Positions 37,565 to 46,596 of a DNA stretch of 64,000 nt are shown here, piece by piece (the first letter of the stretch is position 1; every line of letters starts with the position of its first letter). Below the pieces are notes generated by a model, which worked only from the letters and a program-made list of their open reading frames with translations, was not told the DNA's origin and searched no databases. Both the position numbers and the translations under genes were made by a program. The DNA is from Gemmatimonadota bacterium (lineage in GTDB: Bacteria > Gemmatimonadota > Gemmatimonadetes > Palauibacterales > KS3-K002): contig JBDHJS010000016.1 of the NCBI GenBank assembly GCA_039586795.1, positions 64,001-128,000 on the forward strand, given 5' to 3'.

Positions 37565-40240
37565 ATGGGGACCGGGAACAAAGACACAGAGCTAGCGCCG
37601 CGATTCCAGCCGCAGGCCTTCGAGAGCAAGACCTACGCGCACTGGTGGGATCAGGGCTATTTCGGCGCTGACCGGCACGCCGAGGCGGACACCTACGTCA
37701 TCGTCATGCCTCCGCCGAACGTCACCGCAGAGCTCCACATGGGCCACGGGCTCAACAACACCATCCAGGACGTGCTGATCCGTTGGCGACGGATGCAGGG
37801 TCGTCAGGCGCTTTGGGTCCCGGGGACGGATCACGCTGGGATCGCCACGCAGAACGTGGTCGAACGCCAGTTGACGGCCGAAGGGAAGACGCGCTGGGAC
37901 CTCGGCCGCGAGGCGTTCGTCGAGCGGGTCTGGGATTGGGTTCGTGAGACGGGTGGCACGATCCTCGACCAGCTAAAAGCGATCGGCAGCTCCGCCGATT
38001 GGGACCACACGACGTTCACGCTGGACCCCGGACCGAGTCGGGCGGTCAGAGAGGTCTTTGTTCGCCTTTACGACAAAGGCCTGGTGTACAGGGGCCACTA
38101 CATCGTGAACTGGTGCCCGCGCTGTGCGACGGCGTTGGCCAACGAAGAGGTCGAGCACGAAGACACCGAGGGCTCGCTGTACTATCAGCGCTACCCGGTC
38201 GTCGGCGAAGATACGTATGTCGTGGTCGCCACCACGCGACCGGAGACGATGCTCGGCGACACGGCCGTCGCCGTTCACCCGGACGACGAGCGCCACAAGC
38301 ATATGATCGGTAAGACGGTCATGTTGCCGCTGGCTGAGCGCGAAATACCGATCATCTCCGACGACTTCGTCGACCCCGAGTTCGGCACGGGCTTCGTAAA
38401 GGTCACGCCGTCACACGACCCAAACGACTTCGAGATCGGACTGCGCCACGATCTGGATCAGGTCGACATCTTCCACCCTGACGCCACGATGAGCGACGCG
38501 GTTCCCGAGCGCTTTCGAGGCAAGGACCGCTTCGCCGCTCGCGAAGGAGTGGTAGAGGAGCTGAAGAGCAAGGGGTTGCTCGAAAAGGTCGAAAAGCACG
38601 CGCACTCCGTCGGTCACTGCTACCGCTGTGACACGGTGGTCGAGCCGCGCGTCTCGGATCAATGGTTCGTCAAGATGAAGCCGTTGGCCGAGCCGGCCCT
38701 CGATGCCTATCGGAAGGGCGAGGTCCGTTTCGTGCCCGAGCACTGGGGCGGCGTATACGAGAACTGGCTGAGCGGCGTCCGCGATTGGTGCATCTCGCGC
38801 CAGCTCTGGTGGGGTCACCGCATACCCGTTTGGTATTGCGGCTCCTGCGACGCGATGCTCGTGCGGCGCGAGGACCCGACGACGTGTAGCGAGTGTGGTA
38901 GTGGCGAACTTCAGCAGGACCCGGACGTCCTCGATACCTGGTTCTCGTCCTGGCTTTGGCCGTTCAACACTTTGGGTTGGCCCGAGGAGACCGAAGATCT
39001 GAAGAGGTTCTATCCCGGGCACACGTTGGTGACCGCGCCCGAGATAATCTTCTTTTGGGTGTCTCGCATGATCATGGCCGGCCTGGAGTTCATGGGCGAA
39101 GTGCCGTTCAACGATGTGTATCTGCATGGTACCGTGCGGGACCATACCGGTCGACGCATGTCGAAGTCGCTGGGCAATGGGATCGATCCACTGGAGGTCG
39201 TTCGTATCTTCGGCGCGGACGCGCTCCGCTTCACGCTGACCAACGGAATGGGCATCGGCGCCGATCTGCAGCTCAACAACGAGGATCTCGAGGAGTCGTT
39301 TCACGTCGGGCGCAACTTCGGCAACAAGATCTGGAACGCCATGCGGTTCGCGCTCCCGCACCTGGAGGGCGATGTCGATCCGCTTCCCGATCCCGATCAG
39401 TTGGAGCTCGCCGACCGCTGGATCCTCGCCCGACTGAACAGCGCCATCCGCGAGGTGACAGACGACCTGGAGCGCTTCCGTCTCCACGAGGCGGCCGCGG
39501 AGCTGTACCGCTATTTCTGGAACGAGCTGTGCGATTGGTATTTGGAATTGATCAAGCCACGGCTCTACAACGAGTCGGATGCGGAAGCCCGCGGAGTCGC
39601 TCGCTCCGTGTTGCGCGAAGTGCTCGACCTGAGCTTCAGGCTGCTGCATCCCATCATGCCGTTCATCACGGAGGAACTCTGGCAGCGACTCCCGAACCGG
39701 GCGGCGGATAGCATCATGATTAGCGCCTGGCCGCAGCCGGTCGCAGAGTGGGAGGACGCTGAGGCGGAAGCGGCGATCGGGCAGCTGCAAGAGACGCTAG
39801 GTGCCGTCCGCAATATTCGCAGCGAGTACAACGTTGCCCACGGCCGCCAGATCGACGTGATGATACGCGCTGCCGAGGCGCCACTCCTTCGCGCGCTCGA
39901 TGCGGAAGGTGACGCGGCACGCCGGCTTGGCGGCATCGGGGGACTATCGTTTGATGGCGAGCTGCACGGCGCGGAGGCGACGGCGGTTCTCACTTCGGGA
40001 GCCGAGGTCCACGTCCCCCTCGAGGGCCTCATCGATCTCGAGCGGGAGCGTGCCCGGCTCGACAAGCAGGCCGACGAGCTCCGTAACCTCGTCGAGCGGT
40101 CGGAGAAACGCCTCGCCAGTGAGGACTTCGTCAAGAAGGCGCCCGAGGCGGTCGTCGCCCAGTCCCGGGACAAGCTCGAAGGACTGAAGGAGCAGCTCAC
40201 GAAGGTCGATGAGAAACGCCGGGCGCTGGATGCGCACTGA
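37565..40240 (+). CDS. valS: Valine--tRNA ligase
   Basis: PPPNVT..LHMGH, DHAGIATQ, DWCISRQLWWGH, RMSKS, C-terminal coiled coil. Confidence 0.98.
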   Translation: MGTGNKDTELAPRFQPQAFESKTYAHWWDQGYFGADRHAEADTYVIVMPPPNVTAELHMGHGLNNTIQDVLIRWRRMQGRQALWVPGTDHAGIATQNVVERQLTAEGKTRWDLGREAFVERVWDWVRETGGTILDQLKAIGSSADWDHTTFTLDPGPSRAVREVFVRLYDKGLVYRGHYIVNWCPRCATALANEEVEHEDTEGSLYYQRYPVVGEDTYVVVATTRPETMLGDTAVAVHPDDERHKHMIGKTVMLPLAEREIPIISDDFVDPEFGTGFVKVTPSHDPNDFEIGLRHDLDQVDIFHPDATMSDAVPERFRGKDRFAAREGVVEELKSKGLLEKVEKHAHSVGHCYRCDTVVEPRVSDQWFVKMKPLAEPALDAYRKGEVRFVPEHWGGVYENWLSGVRDWCISRQLWWGHRIPVWYCGSCDAMLVRREDPTTCSECGSGELQQDPDVLDTWFSSWLWPFNTLGWPEETEDLKRFYPGHTLVTAPEIIFFWVSRMIMAGLEFMGEVPFNDVYLHGTVRDHTGRRMSKSLGNGIDPLEVVRIFGADALRFTLTNGMGIGADLQLNNEDLEESFHVGRNFGNKIWNAMRFALPHLEGDVDPLPDPDQLELADRWILARLNSAIREVTDDLERFRLHEAAAELYRYFWNELCDWYLELIKPRLYNESDAEARGVARSVLREVLDLSFRLLHPIMPFITEELWQRLPNRAADSIMISAWPQPVAEWEDAEAEAAIGQLQETLGAVRNIRSEYNVAHGRQIDVMIRAAEAPLLRALDAEGDAARRLGGIGGLSFDGELHGAEATAVLTSGAEVHVPLEGLIDLERERARLDKQADELRNLVERSEKRLASEDFVKKAPEAVVAQSRDKLEGLKEQLTKVDEKRRALDAH

Positions 40241-41642
40241 GGATTCGGGGATTCGGGTATTACGGGATTCGGGGCGTGGGAGTCGAGGGACTTTGATATC
40301 GCGTGTGGTTGCAGCTGCAGGACTGAGCGCTCTGGTAGTGGCTCTGCTGTTGCCGGTCACTGTCGGAGTGCAGAGCTGTGCTCACGTGATTGCGCCGGCA
40401 GGCGGGCCGCCCGACTCAACACCGCCGCTGCTCATTCTGGTCGATCCGGACAGCTTCTCGGTCATGACCGAGTTCAGAGGTAATCGTGGCGAAGTGCGCT
40501 TCGAGTTCGATGAGCCGATCTCGGAGCGGAACATAGTCGGCTCGACTATGGTCTACCCGTTCGATCTGCGGCCGCACACGTGGAAGGGCAAGCGCAATCT
40601 CCGCGTGCGCCCGAGGGAAGGTTGGGTCGAGGACAGGATCTACCACATCCGCGTTGAGCCGGTAATCCAGGATCTCTTCGGCAATCGCATACGCGAGCCA
40701 ATCCTCTACACGATTTCCACAGGGCTGCCCATCAATCAGAACGTCGTGATGGGCACCGTCTACGACCGAATCACAGGTCTGACGCACACGAACTCGCGGA
40801 TCGACTTGGTCACTCTGCCCGACACACTACGCTACGGCGGGGTCTCCGACTCGGTAGGCGATTTCTCTGTGGGCGTGCTGCCAGCGGGTGATTACTACGC
40901 CATCGGCTATGAAGATGTGAACGGGAACCAACGCGCAGATGGCTTTGACCGGTCGGATACCCTGCGCGTCACGCTGGGAAGCCTCGACACCCTGACGCTC
41001 GAGTTCAACGTCTTTCATCACGATACGCTCGGTCCCGTGCTCGGTCAGGTGGATGTCCTTGACTCGCTGACGCTGTCGCTGGGCTTCGATGGCTTCCTCG
41101 ATCCGGATACTCCGCTCGCGATCCAGAGCGTGCAGATCTTCGTCGCTCAAGACAGCCTGCCCGTCGGCCCGCCGCTCGTCGTCGACAGCTTGATGCACAA
41201 TTGGCAGTTCACGATCTACATGGACTCGATTCAGCAGGTCGAGCAGGTGCGGCTCGACTCGATCGCCGCGGCGGAGGCGGAAGAGGAGGCGCGTCGGGCG
41301 GTCGCCGCGGACTCGGCTGCCGGCGCGGATAGCGCGGCCGTCGTCGAGGCGCCGCCACCGGGGCAGGTCAGGGCGGGACCGCGTACGCTGCAGCTCGAGG
41401 AGCCCGCAGAGGACTCCGTAGTCGTGCCGCAGCGGCTGCCCGACCCGCGTATCTTCGTGATCATGGCCGAGGCGATTCCGCCGGGTACGTACATCGTCGT
41501 CGCGACGCGCATCGTCAATCTCAACCGGCTCGAAGGCGGCGGTGAGATGATTTTTGAAATAGAGGAGCCGGAGCGCGAAGATGCGGAAAATGAGGAAGGA
41601 CCGCCGGGTTCGCCGGCCAGGCCCAGGGAGAACGATCTGTGA
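40230..41642 (+). CDS. Ig-like (Big_5) domain lipoprotein
   Basis: QSC lipobox then PAGGPPDSTPP, FDEPI, EDVNGNQRAD; start uncertain (40230 ATG or 40293 TTG). Confidence 0.8.
   Translation: MRTEDSGIRVLRDSGRGSRGTLISRVVAAAGLSALVVALLLPVTVGVQSCAHVIAPAGGPPDSTPPLLILVDPDSFSVMTEFRGNRGEVRFEFDEPISERNIVGSTMVYPFDLRPHTWKGKRNLRVRPREGWVEDRIYHIRVEPVIQDLFGNRIREPILYTISTGLPINQNVVMGTVYDRITGLTHTNSRIDLVTLPDTLRYGGVSDSVGDFSVGVLPAGDYYAIGYEDVNGNQRADGFDRSDTLRVTLGSLDTLTLEFNVFHHDTLGPVLGQVDVLDSLTLSLGFDGFLDPDTPLAIQSVQIFVAQDSLPVGPPLVVDSLMHNWQFTIYMDSIQQVEQVRLDSIAAAEAEEEARRAVAADSAAGADSAAVVEAPPPGQVRAGPRTLQLEEPAEDSVVVPQRLPDPRIFVIMAEAIPPGTYIVVATRIVNLNRLEGGGEMIFEIEEPEREDAENEEGPPGSPARPRENDL
40241..40288 (+). repeat. Degenerate 8-nt tandem repeat (GGATTCGG) directly after valS stop
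   Basis: GGATTCGG GGATTCGG GTATTACG GGATTCGG GGCGTGGG AGTCGAGG. Confidence 0.7.
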
Positions 41643-43045
41643 GAGACACGCGGCGGCAAATCCCTAGTGTCGACTCGATGTTGGGCTCGGATGAATTCGC
41701 GGAGCTCCTCGCTACGCGCACTCGCTCCCTCGTAGTCGAAGCCACGCGGCGCGCTCTGGCCCGTGCACGCGAGGAGATGGCGACGGGAGCTCGCGACCGA
41801 GCGCCAAGCACCGCGGAGGTCGCGGCCGAAACCCGGGCCGAGCTCGAAGCGATGGATCGTCCCTCGCTGCGGCGGGTGATCAACGCGACCGGTATACCGC
41901 TGCACACCAATCTGGGGCGCGCACCGCTCCCCGCTGTCGCCCGTTGGGCGCTGGAAGACGCGGCGCTGGGGTACAGCAACCTGGAGTACGACCTGGAGCA
42001 GGGCACGCGAGGGTCTCGCAACGATCACTGTACGGACCTGCTGTTGGAGCTGACGGGCGCTGAAGACGCGCTGGTGGTCAACAACAACGCCGCCGCGGTC
42101 GTCCTCGCCCTGAACGAGCTTGCCGAAGGGCTCGAGGTCATCATCTCTCGAGGCGAGCTCGTCGAAATCGGCGGCTCGTTCAGAGTGCCCGAGATCGTAT
42201 CGAGGAGCGGGGCGCGCCTGGTCGAAGTAGGCGCCACGAATCGAACCCATCCCCAGGACTACGAGAAGGCGATCACCACAGACACGGCTGCGCTGCTGAA
42301 GGTGCATCGGTCGAACTTCCGGCAATTGGGCTTCGTCACTGATGTCGCTGTGGAGCACCTGGTCGGGGTCGCGCACAGGCACGAGTTGCCTGTAGTTCAC
42401 GACCTGGGTTCAGGGCTGCTGCCCGACGCGAACAAGGTGTTCGGCTTACCGTGGGAGCCGAGCGTCAGCGACTCGCTGAACGCCGGCGTTGATGTGGTAA
42501 CCTTCAGCGCCGATAAGCTTCTGGGCGGTCCCCAGGCGGGGATCATCCTGGGTCGTGAAAAGCTGGTGTCTCGCATGCGCGCCAACCCTTTGCTGCGCGC
42601 GCTCCGGGTCGGCAAGCTGACGTTGACAGCACTCGAGGCGACGCTGCGGCTTTGGCGGGATCTGGGCAACGCGGTCACCGAGATACCGGTCATCACGATG
42701 ATCGCGCAGAGCAGTGAACAGCTGCGGAAGCGCGCGGAGCGAATCTCGACAGCGCTTCGCGATCGAAACAGAGATGTGGATATCGCGATGTTCGAGGACA
42801 CGACGGAGGTGGGCGGCGGTTCATATCCTGGCGTCCAGCTCGAGACGTGGGTGCTGCGAATCTCCGTCGAGGGCCGATCGGAGAACGACTTGGAGGCCGC
42901 CTGCAGGGCAGGTGATCCTCCGGTCGTCGCCAGGGTGAGCGATGGAGCACTCTGCATCGACCCTCGCACCGTCCTGCCCCACGAGGAGCTCGACCTGATC
43001 AACGCCGTAACCAAGGTGCTGGGTGGAGATGAGCCAGGACCATAG
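41639..43045 (+). CDS. selA: L-seryl-tRNA(Sec) selenium transferase
   Basis: VINATG..LHTNLGRAPL, VNNNAAAV, SRGELVEIGGSFR, KVHRSNF, DLGSG, FSADKLLGGPQAG. Confidence 0.96.
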   Translation: MRDTRRQIPSVDSMLGSDEFAELLATRTRSLVVEATRRALARAREEMATGARDRAPSTAEVAAETRAELEAMDRPSLRRVINATGIPLHTNLGRAPLPAVARWALEDAALGYSNLEYDLEQGTRGSRNDHCTDLLLELTGAEDALVVNNNAAAVVLALNELAEGLEVIISRGELVEIGGSFRVPEIVSRSGARLVEVGATNRTHPQDYEKAITTDTAALLKVHRSNFRQLGFVTDVAVEHLVGVAHRHELPVVHDLGSGLLPDANKVFGLPWEPSVSDSLNAGVDVVTFSADKLLGGPQAGIILGREKLVSRMRANPLLRALRVGKLTLTALEATLRLWRDLGNAVTEIPVITMIAQSSEQLRKRAERISTALRDRNRDVDIAMFEDTTEVGGGSYPGVQLETWVLRISVEGRSENDLEAACRAGDPPVVARVSDGALCIDPRTVLPHEELDLINAVTKVLGGDEPGP

Positions 43046-43571
43046 GCGCATTGCCGCCTTTCTCGATCGGGACGGCACCGTCATCTACGAGCGGGGTGAC
43101 CTGGGTCATCCGGACGGGGTGGAGCTGATCCCGGGATCCGCCGACGCGATCCGGCGACTGAAAGAAGCCGGGTTTCTCATCGTCATCGTCACGAACCAGT
43201 CGGGTATCGCACGCGGCTTGTTCACAGAGGACGATTTCCGCGCCGTTCAGGGTCGCATGATCGAGATGCTCGCCGCCGAAGGCGTCACGCTGGATCGCGT
43301 CTACTTCTGCCCGCACCATCCGGATGTGGGCGGTCCGTGTGACTGCCGGAAGCCGGGGCAGGGGATGTACCGGCGCGCTGAGAAAGAGCTCGGTATAGAT
43401 CTTTCGAGATCTCTATACGTCGGAGATCGGTGGCGCGATGTGGGTGTTACGGAGGATGTTGGCGGTAGGGCCTACCTGGTTGCGACGGGCGCGGGTGGGG
43501 CAGGGGCGCCGGAGGGGGTTGAGGTTGTGCGGGATTTGGCTGAGGCGGTTGATTTGTTTTTGGGCAGTTGA
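43029..43571 (+). CDS. gmhB: D-glycero-D-manno-heptose 1,7-bisphosphate phosphatase (HAD IIIA)
   Basis: FLDRDGT, TNQSGIARG, CPHHP...CDCRKP, VGDR. Confidence 0.88.
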   Translation: MSQDHRRIAAFLDRDGTVIYERGDLGHPDGVELIPGSADAIRRLKEAGFLIVIVTNQSGIARGLFTEDDFRAVQGRMIEMLAAEGVTLDRVYFCPHHPDVGGPCDCRKPGQGMYRRAEKELGIDLSRSLYVGDRWRDVGVTEDVGGRAYLVATGAGGAGAPEGVEVVRDLAEAVDLFLGS

Positions 43572-43602
43572 ACAGTGAACATTGTCCAATGTTCAGTGTT
43601 CA
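43569..43602. repeat. Heptamer-based palindrome overlapping gmhB stop
   Basis: TGAACAGTGAACATTG-TC-CAATGTTCAGTGTTCA (15/16 paired). Confidence 0.85.
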
Positions 43603-43644
43603 CCCGACATTAAGAGACGTTTCACGGTCAAGAAAGGCTCCACC

Positions 43645-44358
43645 GTGCCCATTCCCGCTGTTTCCGTCTTCGCCTCCGGCGGCGGCTCTAACCTGCAGGC
43701 GCTCCTCGACGCCTTTGGCGCCGACGGCAGCCCCGATGATTCGTGCCGCATCGCCCTCGTCATAGCCGATCGAGCCGAGATCGGTGCCCTCGCCCGCGCC
43801 GAAAGGCAGGGTGTGCCCACGGCGATCATAAGACCGAAGGACTACGACGGGCTCGATGCCTTCGGCCAGGCGCTGCTCGACGCTTTGAGCGAGCACGGCA
43901 TTGATATCATCGCGCTGGCCGGATACCTGAAGCTAATACCGGAAAACGTCGTCCAGGCCTTTCGCAACAAGATCATCAACATCCACCCCGGCCCGCTCCC
44001 AGGCTTTGGCGGCTCCGGCATGTGGGGCCACCACGTGCACGAAGCCGTGATCAAGGCTAATGTGCAGGTCTCGGGACCCACGATTCACTTCGTCGACGAG
44101 CGCTACGACACAGGGCCGATCATAGCGCAGTGGCCCGTGCCCGTGTTCAGCGACGACACTCCCGACAGCCTGGCGGCAAGGGTGCTCAAGTACGAGCACC
44201 GATTGTACCCTTCGGTCCTCGGAGCCGTCGCCCGCGGCGACATACAGGTCGACGATGCGGGGCGGGTCTACCGTAACGCCGGTATCGAGGAGTCGGGATT
44301 TCAGCTGACGGAAGAAGAGGTGTCGCTCGCCAGCAGCGAGCGAGCTTGGAAGCGATAA
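43645..44358 (+). CDS. purN: Phosphoribosylglycinamide formyltransferase
   Basis: FASGGGSNLQA, LAGYLK, INIHP, HFVDERYDTGPII; GTG start after AAAGG. Confidence 0.95.
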   Translation: MPIPAVSVFASGGGSNLQALLDAFGADGSPDDSCRIALVIADRAEIGALARAERQGVPTAIIRPKDYDGLDAFGQALLDALSEHGIDIIALAGYLKLIPENVVQAFRNKIINIHPGPLPGFGGSGMWGHHVHEAVIKANVQVSGPTIHFVDERYDTGPIIAQWPVPVFSDDTPDSLAARVLKYEHRLYPSVLGAVARGDIQVDDAGRVYRNAGIEESGFQLTEEEVSLASSERAWKR

Positions 44359-44382
44359 CCACAGGAACTCACGGAGGCTACC

Positions 44383-45963
44383 GTGCCACGCGCCGTACTG
44401 AGTGTTTATGACAAAACAGGGATCGGCGAGTTCGCTCGCGGACTCTCGAATCTGGGTTTCGAGATCCTGTCCACCGGCGGCACCGCCAGGGCCATCCGCG
44501 AGGCTGGCGTCGAAGTGAAGAGCGTCAGCGACGCCACTGGTTTCCCGGAGATCCTTGGCGGTCGAGTCAAAACGCTGCACCCGGTTATCGCTGGCGGGAT
44601 CCTGGCGCGTCGTGATGTCGAGAGCGACGTCAAAGAACTCAAGAAGCAGAAGATCGAGCCGATCGACGTCGTCGCCGTCAATCTGTATCCGTTCGAGGAT
44701 ACGATCGCCAAGGAAGGCGTCACGCTGGGTGATGCCCTCGAGCAGATCGATATCGGCGGTCCGACCATGCTCCGCGAAGCGGCGAAGAACCACCCCCACG
44801 TCACCGTCATCTGCGACCCATCCGACTATGATGATGCGCTTGCCAAGCTCAAAGCCGGTGAAGTCGATGCCGACTGGCGCCGTATGCTCGCCGTGAAAGT
44901 CTTCCGGCACACCAGCGGTTACGATTCGGCCATCTCCCATTATCTGTCGGAGGGAGCGGCAGAGTTCCCGCCCGATTTCTCGGTGCGCCTGCAGAAGATT
45001 CAGGATTGTCGATATGGCGAGAATCCCGACCAGGCGGCGGCGTTCTATCGACTCGCCGACACACCCGGTCTGCGTGGCATCGCCGCGCTCAAGCAGCATC
45101 ACGGCAAGGAGCTCTCCTATAACAATATCCTGGACCTCGACGGCGCTTTGATGTCGCTGTCACCGTTCGCCAAGTCGAGCCGGCCCGCCTGCGCCATCAT
45201 CAAGCATACGACACCTTGCGGCATTGCGGTGGGCGACACCGTAGTCCAGGCCTACAAGCGCGCGTTGTCGACGGACCCCACCAGCGCCTTTGGGTCCGTC
45301 ATCGCGATGAACCACGAGGTCGACGCCGAAGCCGCCGAGTCGATTGCCGAGCTGTTCGTCGAGTGCCTGGTCGCGCCCGGCTACACCAGGGACGCGATGG
45401 AAGTCCTCACCGCGAAGAAGAACCTGCGTATCCTCAGCTTCCCCGACGTAGCGGCGACGTACCTGGTCGATCGCGGCCACCTGGAAGGCAACCTGGAGCT
45501 GCGTGGCGTGCCGGGTGGCGCGCTGTTGCAGACCCGGTCCGACCCGCCGTACCCGGGCGAGGACGAGGGCTGGCGGACCGTGACGAAGCGGAAGCCGACG
45601 GACGAAGAGATGCGCGATCTGCGTTTCGCCTGGGCGGCTATCTGGGGCGTCAAGTCGAACGCGATCTTGCTGGCCCGGGACGAGATGGCGATTGGGATTG
45701 GTGCCGGCCAGATGAGTCGCGTGGACGCTTCCAAACTATCCGCGATGAAAGGCTCGGAAGCCGGACACAAGCCGGAGAAGGGGTGCGTGATGGCGTCCGA
45801 TGCGTTCTTCCCGTTCCGTGATGGCATCGACGCGGCGGCCGCCGCGGGCGTGACAGCCGTGGTTCAGCCCGGTGGCTCGATCCGTGATGAAGAGGTCATC
45901 GAGGCGGCCGACGAACACAAGATCGCCATGGTGCTCACGGGTCGGCGGTTGTTCCGGCACTAA
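44383..45963 (+). CDS. purH: Bifunctional AICAR transformylase/IMP cyclohydrolase
   Basis: [43 protein letters not shown]. Confidence 0.98.
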   Translation: MPRAVLSVYDKTGIGEFARGLSNLGFEILSTGGTARAIREAGVEVKSVSDATGFPEILGGRVKTLHPVIAGGILARRDVESDVKELKKQKIEPIDVVAVNLYPFEDTIAKEGVTLGDALEQIDIGGPTMLREAAKNHPHVTVICDPSDYDDALAKLKAGEVDADWRRMLAVKVFRHTSGYDSAISHYLSEGAAEFPPDFSVRLQKIQDCRYGENPDQAAAFYRLADTPGLRGIAALKQHHGKELSYNNILDLDGALMSLSPFAKSSRPACAIIKHTTPCGIAVGDTVVQAYKRALSTDPTSAFGSVIAMNHEVDAEAAESIAELFVECLVAPGYTRDAMEVLTAKKNLRILSFPDVAATYLVDRGHLEGNLELRGVPGGALLQTRSDPPYPGEDEGWRTVTKRKPTDEEMRDLRFAWAAIWGVKSNAILLARDEMAIGIGAGQMSRVDASKLSAMKGSEAGHKPEKGCVMASDAFFPFRDGIDAAAAAGVTAVVQPGGSIRDEEVIEAADEHKIAMVLTGRRLFRH

Positions 45964-46100
45964 GATTGGGCCAGGACGCCTCCTATACGGCGTTACAGCA
46001 CAACTCTCCTGTTCGCGGCACTGGCTCTCGGATCTTCGAGGTAGCCTCCGCGAATGGCTCGGTATCGGCCATGCAACCATACCCGTGAAGGAATGGCGAT

Positions 46101-46403
46101 ATGAAACTCCTGATCGACGTCGGGGGCTGGATCGGGGCCGCGATGATTCTCCTGGCGTACTTTCTGGTTTCAACGCGCCGGGTTCACGGGGCCTCGGTCC
46201 GTTACCAGTCCCTCAATGTCGTCGGCAGCATTCTGGTCGGCGCCAATGCGCTCTACTACCGTGCGCTGCCGTCATTCAGCATCAACCTTGTCTGGATCGG
46301 TATCGCTGTCATGGCGTTGGTTACCAGACCGCACGGCCCCGAACCGCAGACGATAGAGGGAGAGCCATGGAGAGAGGGAAGGTCGAGCACCCGGGAACAT
46401 TGA
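46101..46403 (+). CDS. Small membrane protein, CBU_0592-like
   Basis: GWIGA..ILLAY...YQSLNVVGS...NLVW pattern. Confidence 0.75.
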   Translation: MKLLIDVGGWIGAAMILLAYFLVSTRRVHGASVRYQSLNVVGSILVGANALYYRALPSFSINLVWIGIAVMALVTRPHGPEPQTIEGEPWREGRSSTREH

Positions 46404-46584
46404 AATTGCCCGGGTGGAAGGCGGCTGTAGGTGTCAGAGCGTTAGCGGTGCTATCAGCAGTGCCGGTCGCAGCGCAGTAAATGGAGAGTCCGAACACTTC
46501 GCCACTTTGGCGAGCGCCAGCCTCACGCGCGATGACGAATCAGCCGGAGTGGAAGTCTTACTCCCCATCGCCTACGCGTTCTGA
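46400..46584 (+). pseudogene. Probable remnant of an outer-membrane beta-barrel gene
   Basis: Signal-peptide-like MKLPGWKAAVGVRALAVLSAVPVAAQ then TAA; in another frame EHFATLASASLTRDDESAGVEVLLPIAYAF-stop. Confidence 0.45.
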
Positions 46585-46596
46585 TCGGAGGGTGCC

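Noticed and set aside
38411..39790. Long antisense ORFs (459 aa here; also 41231-42400, 43933-45102, 56668-57834, 22179-23018)
   Set aside because: They are shadows of well-supported genes, expected from high-GC codon bias
45964..46045. Signal-peptide-like stretch (RRYSTTLLFAALALG) after purH
   Set aside because: No start codon in frame and it ends at a stop; too short to support
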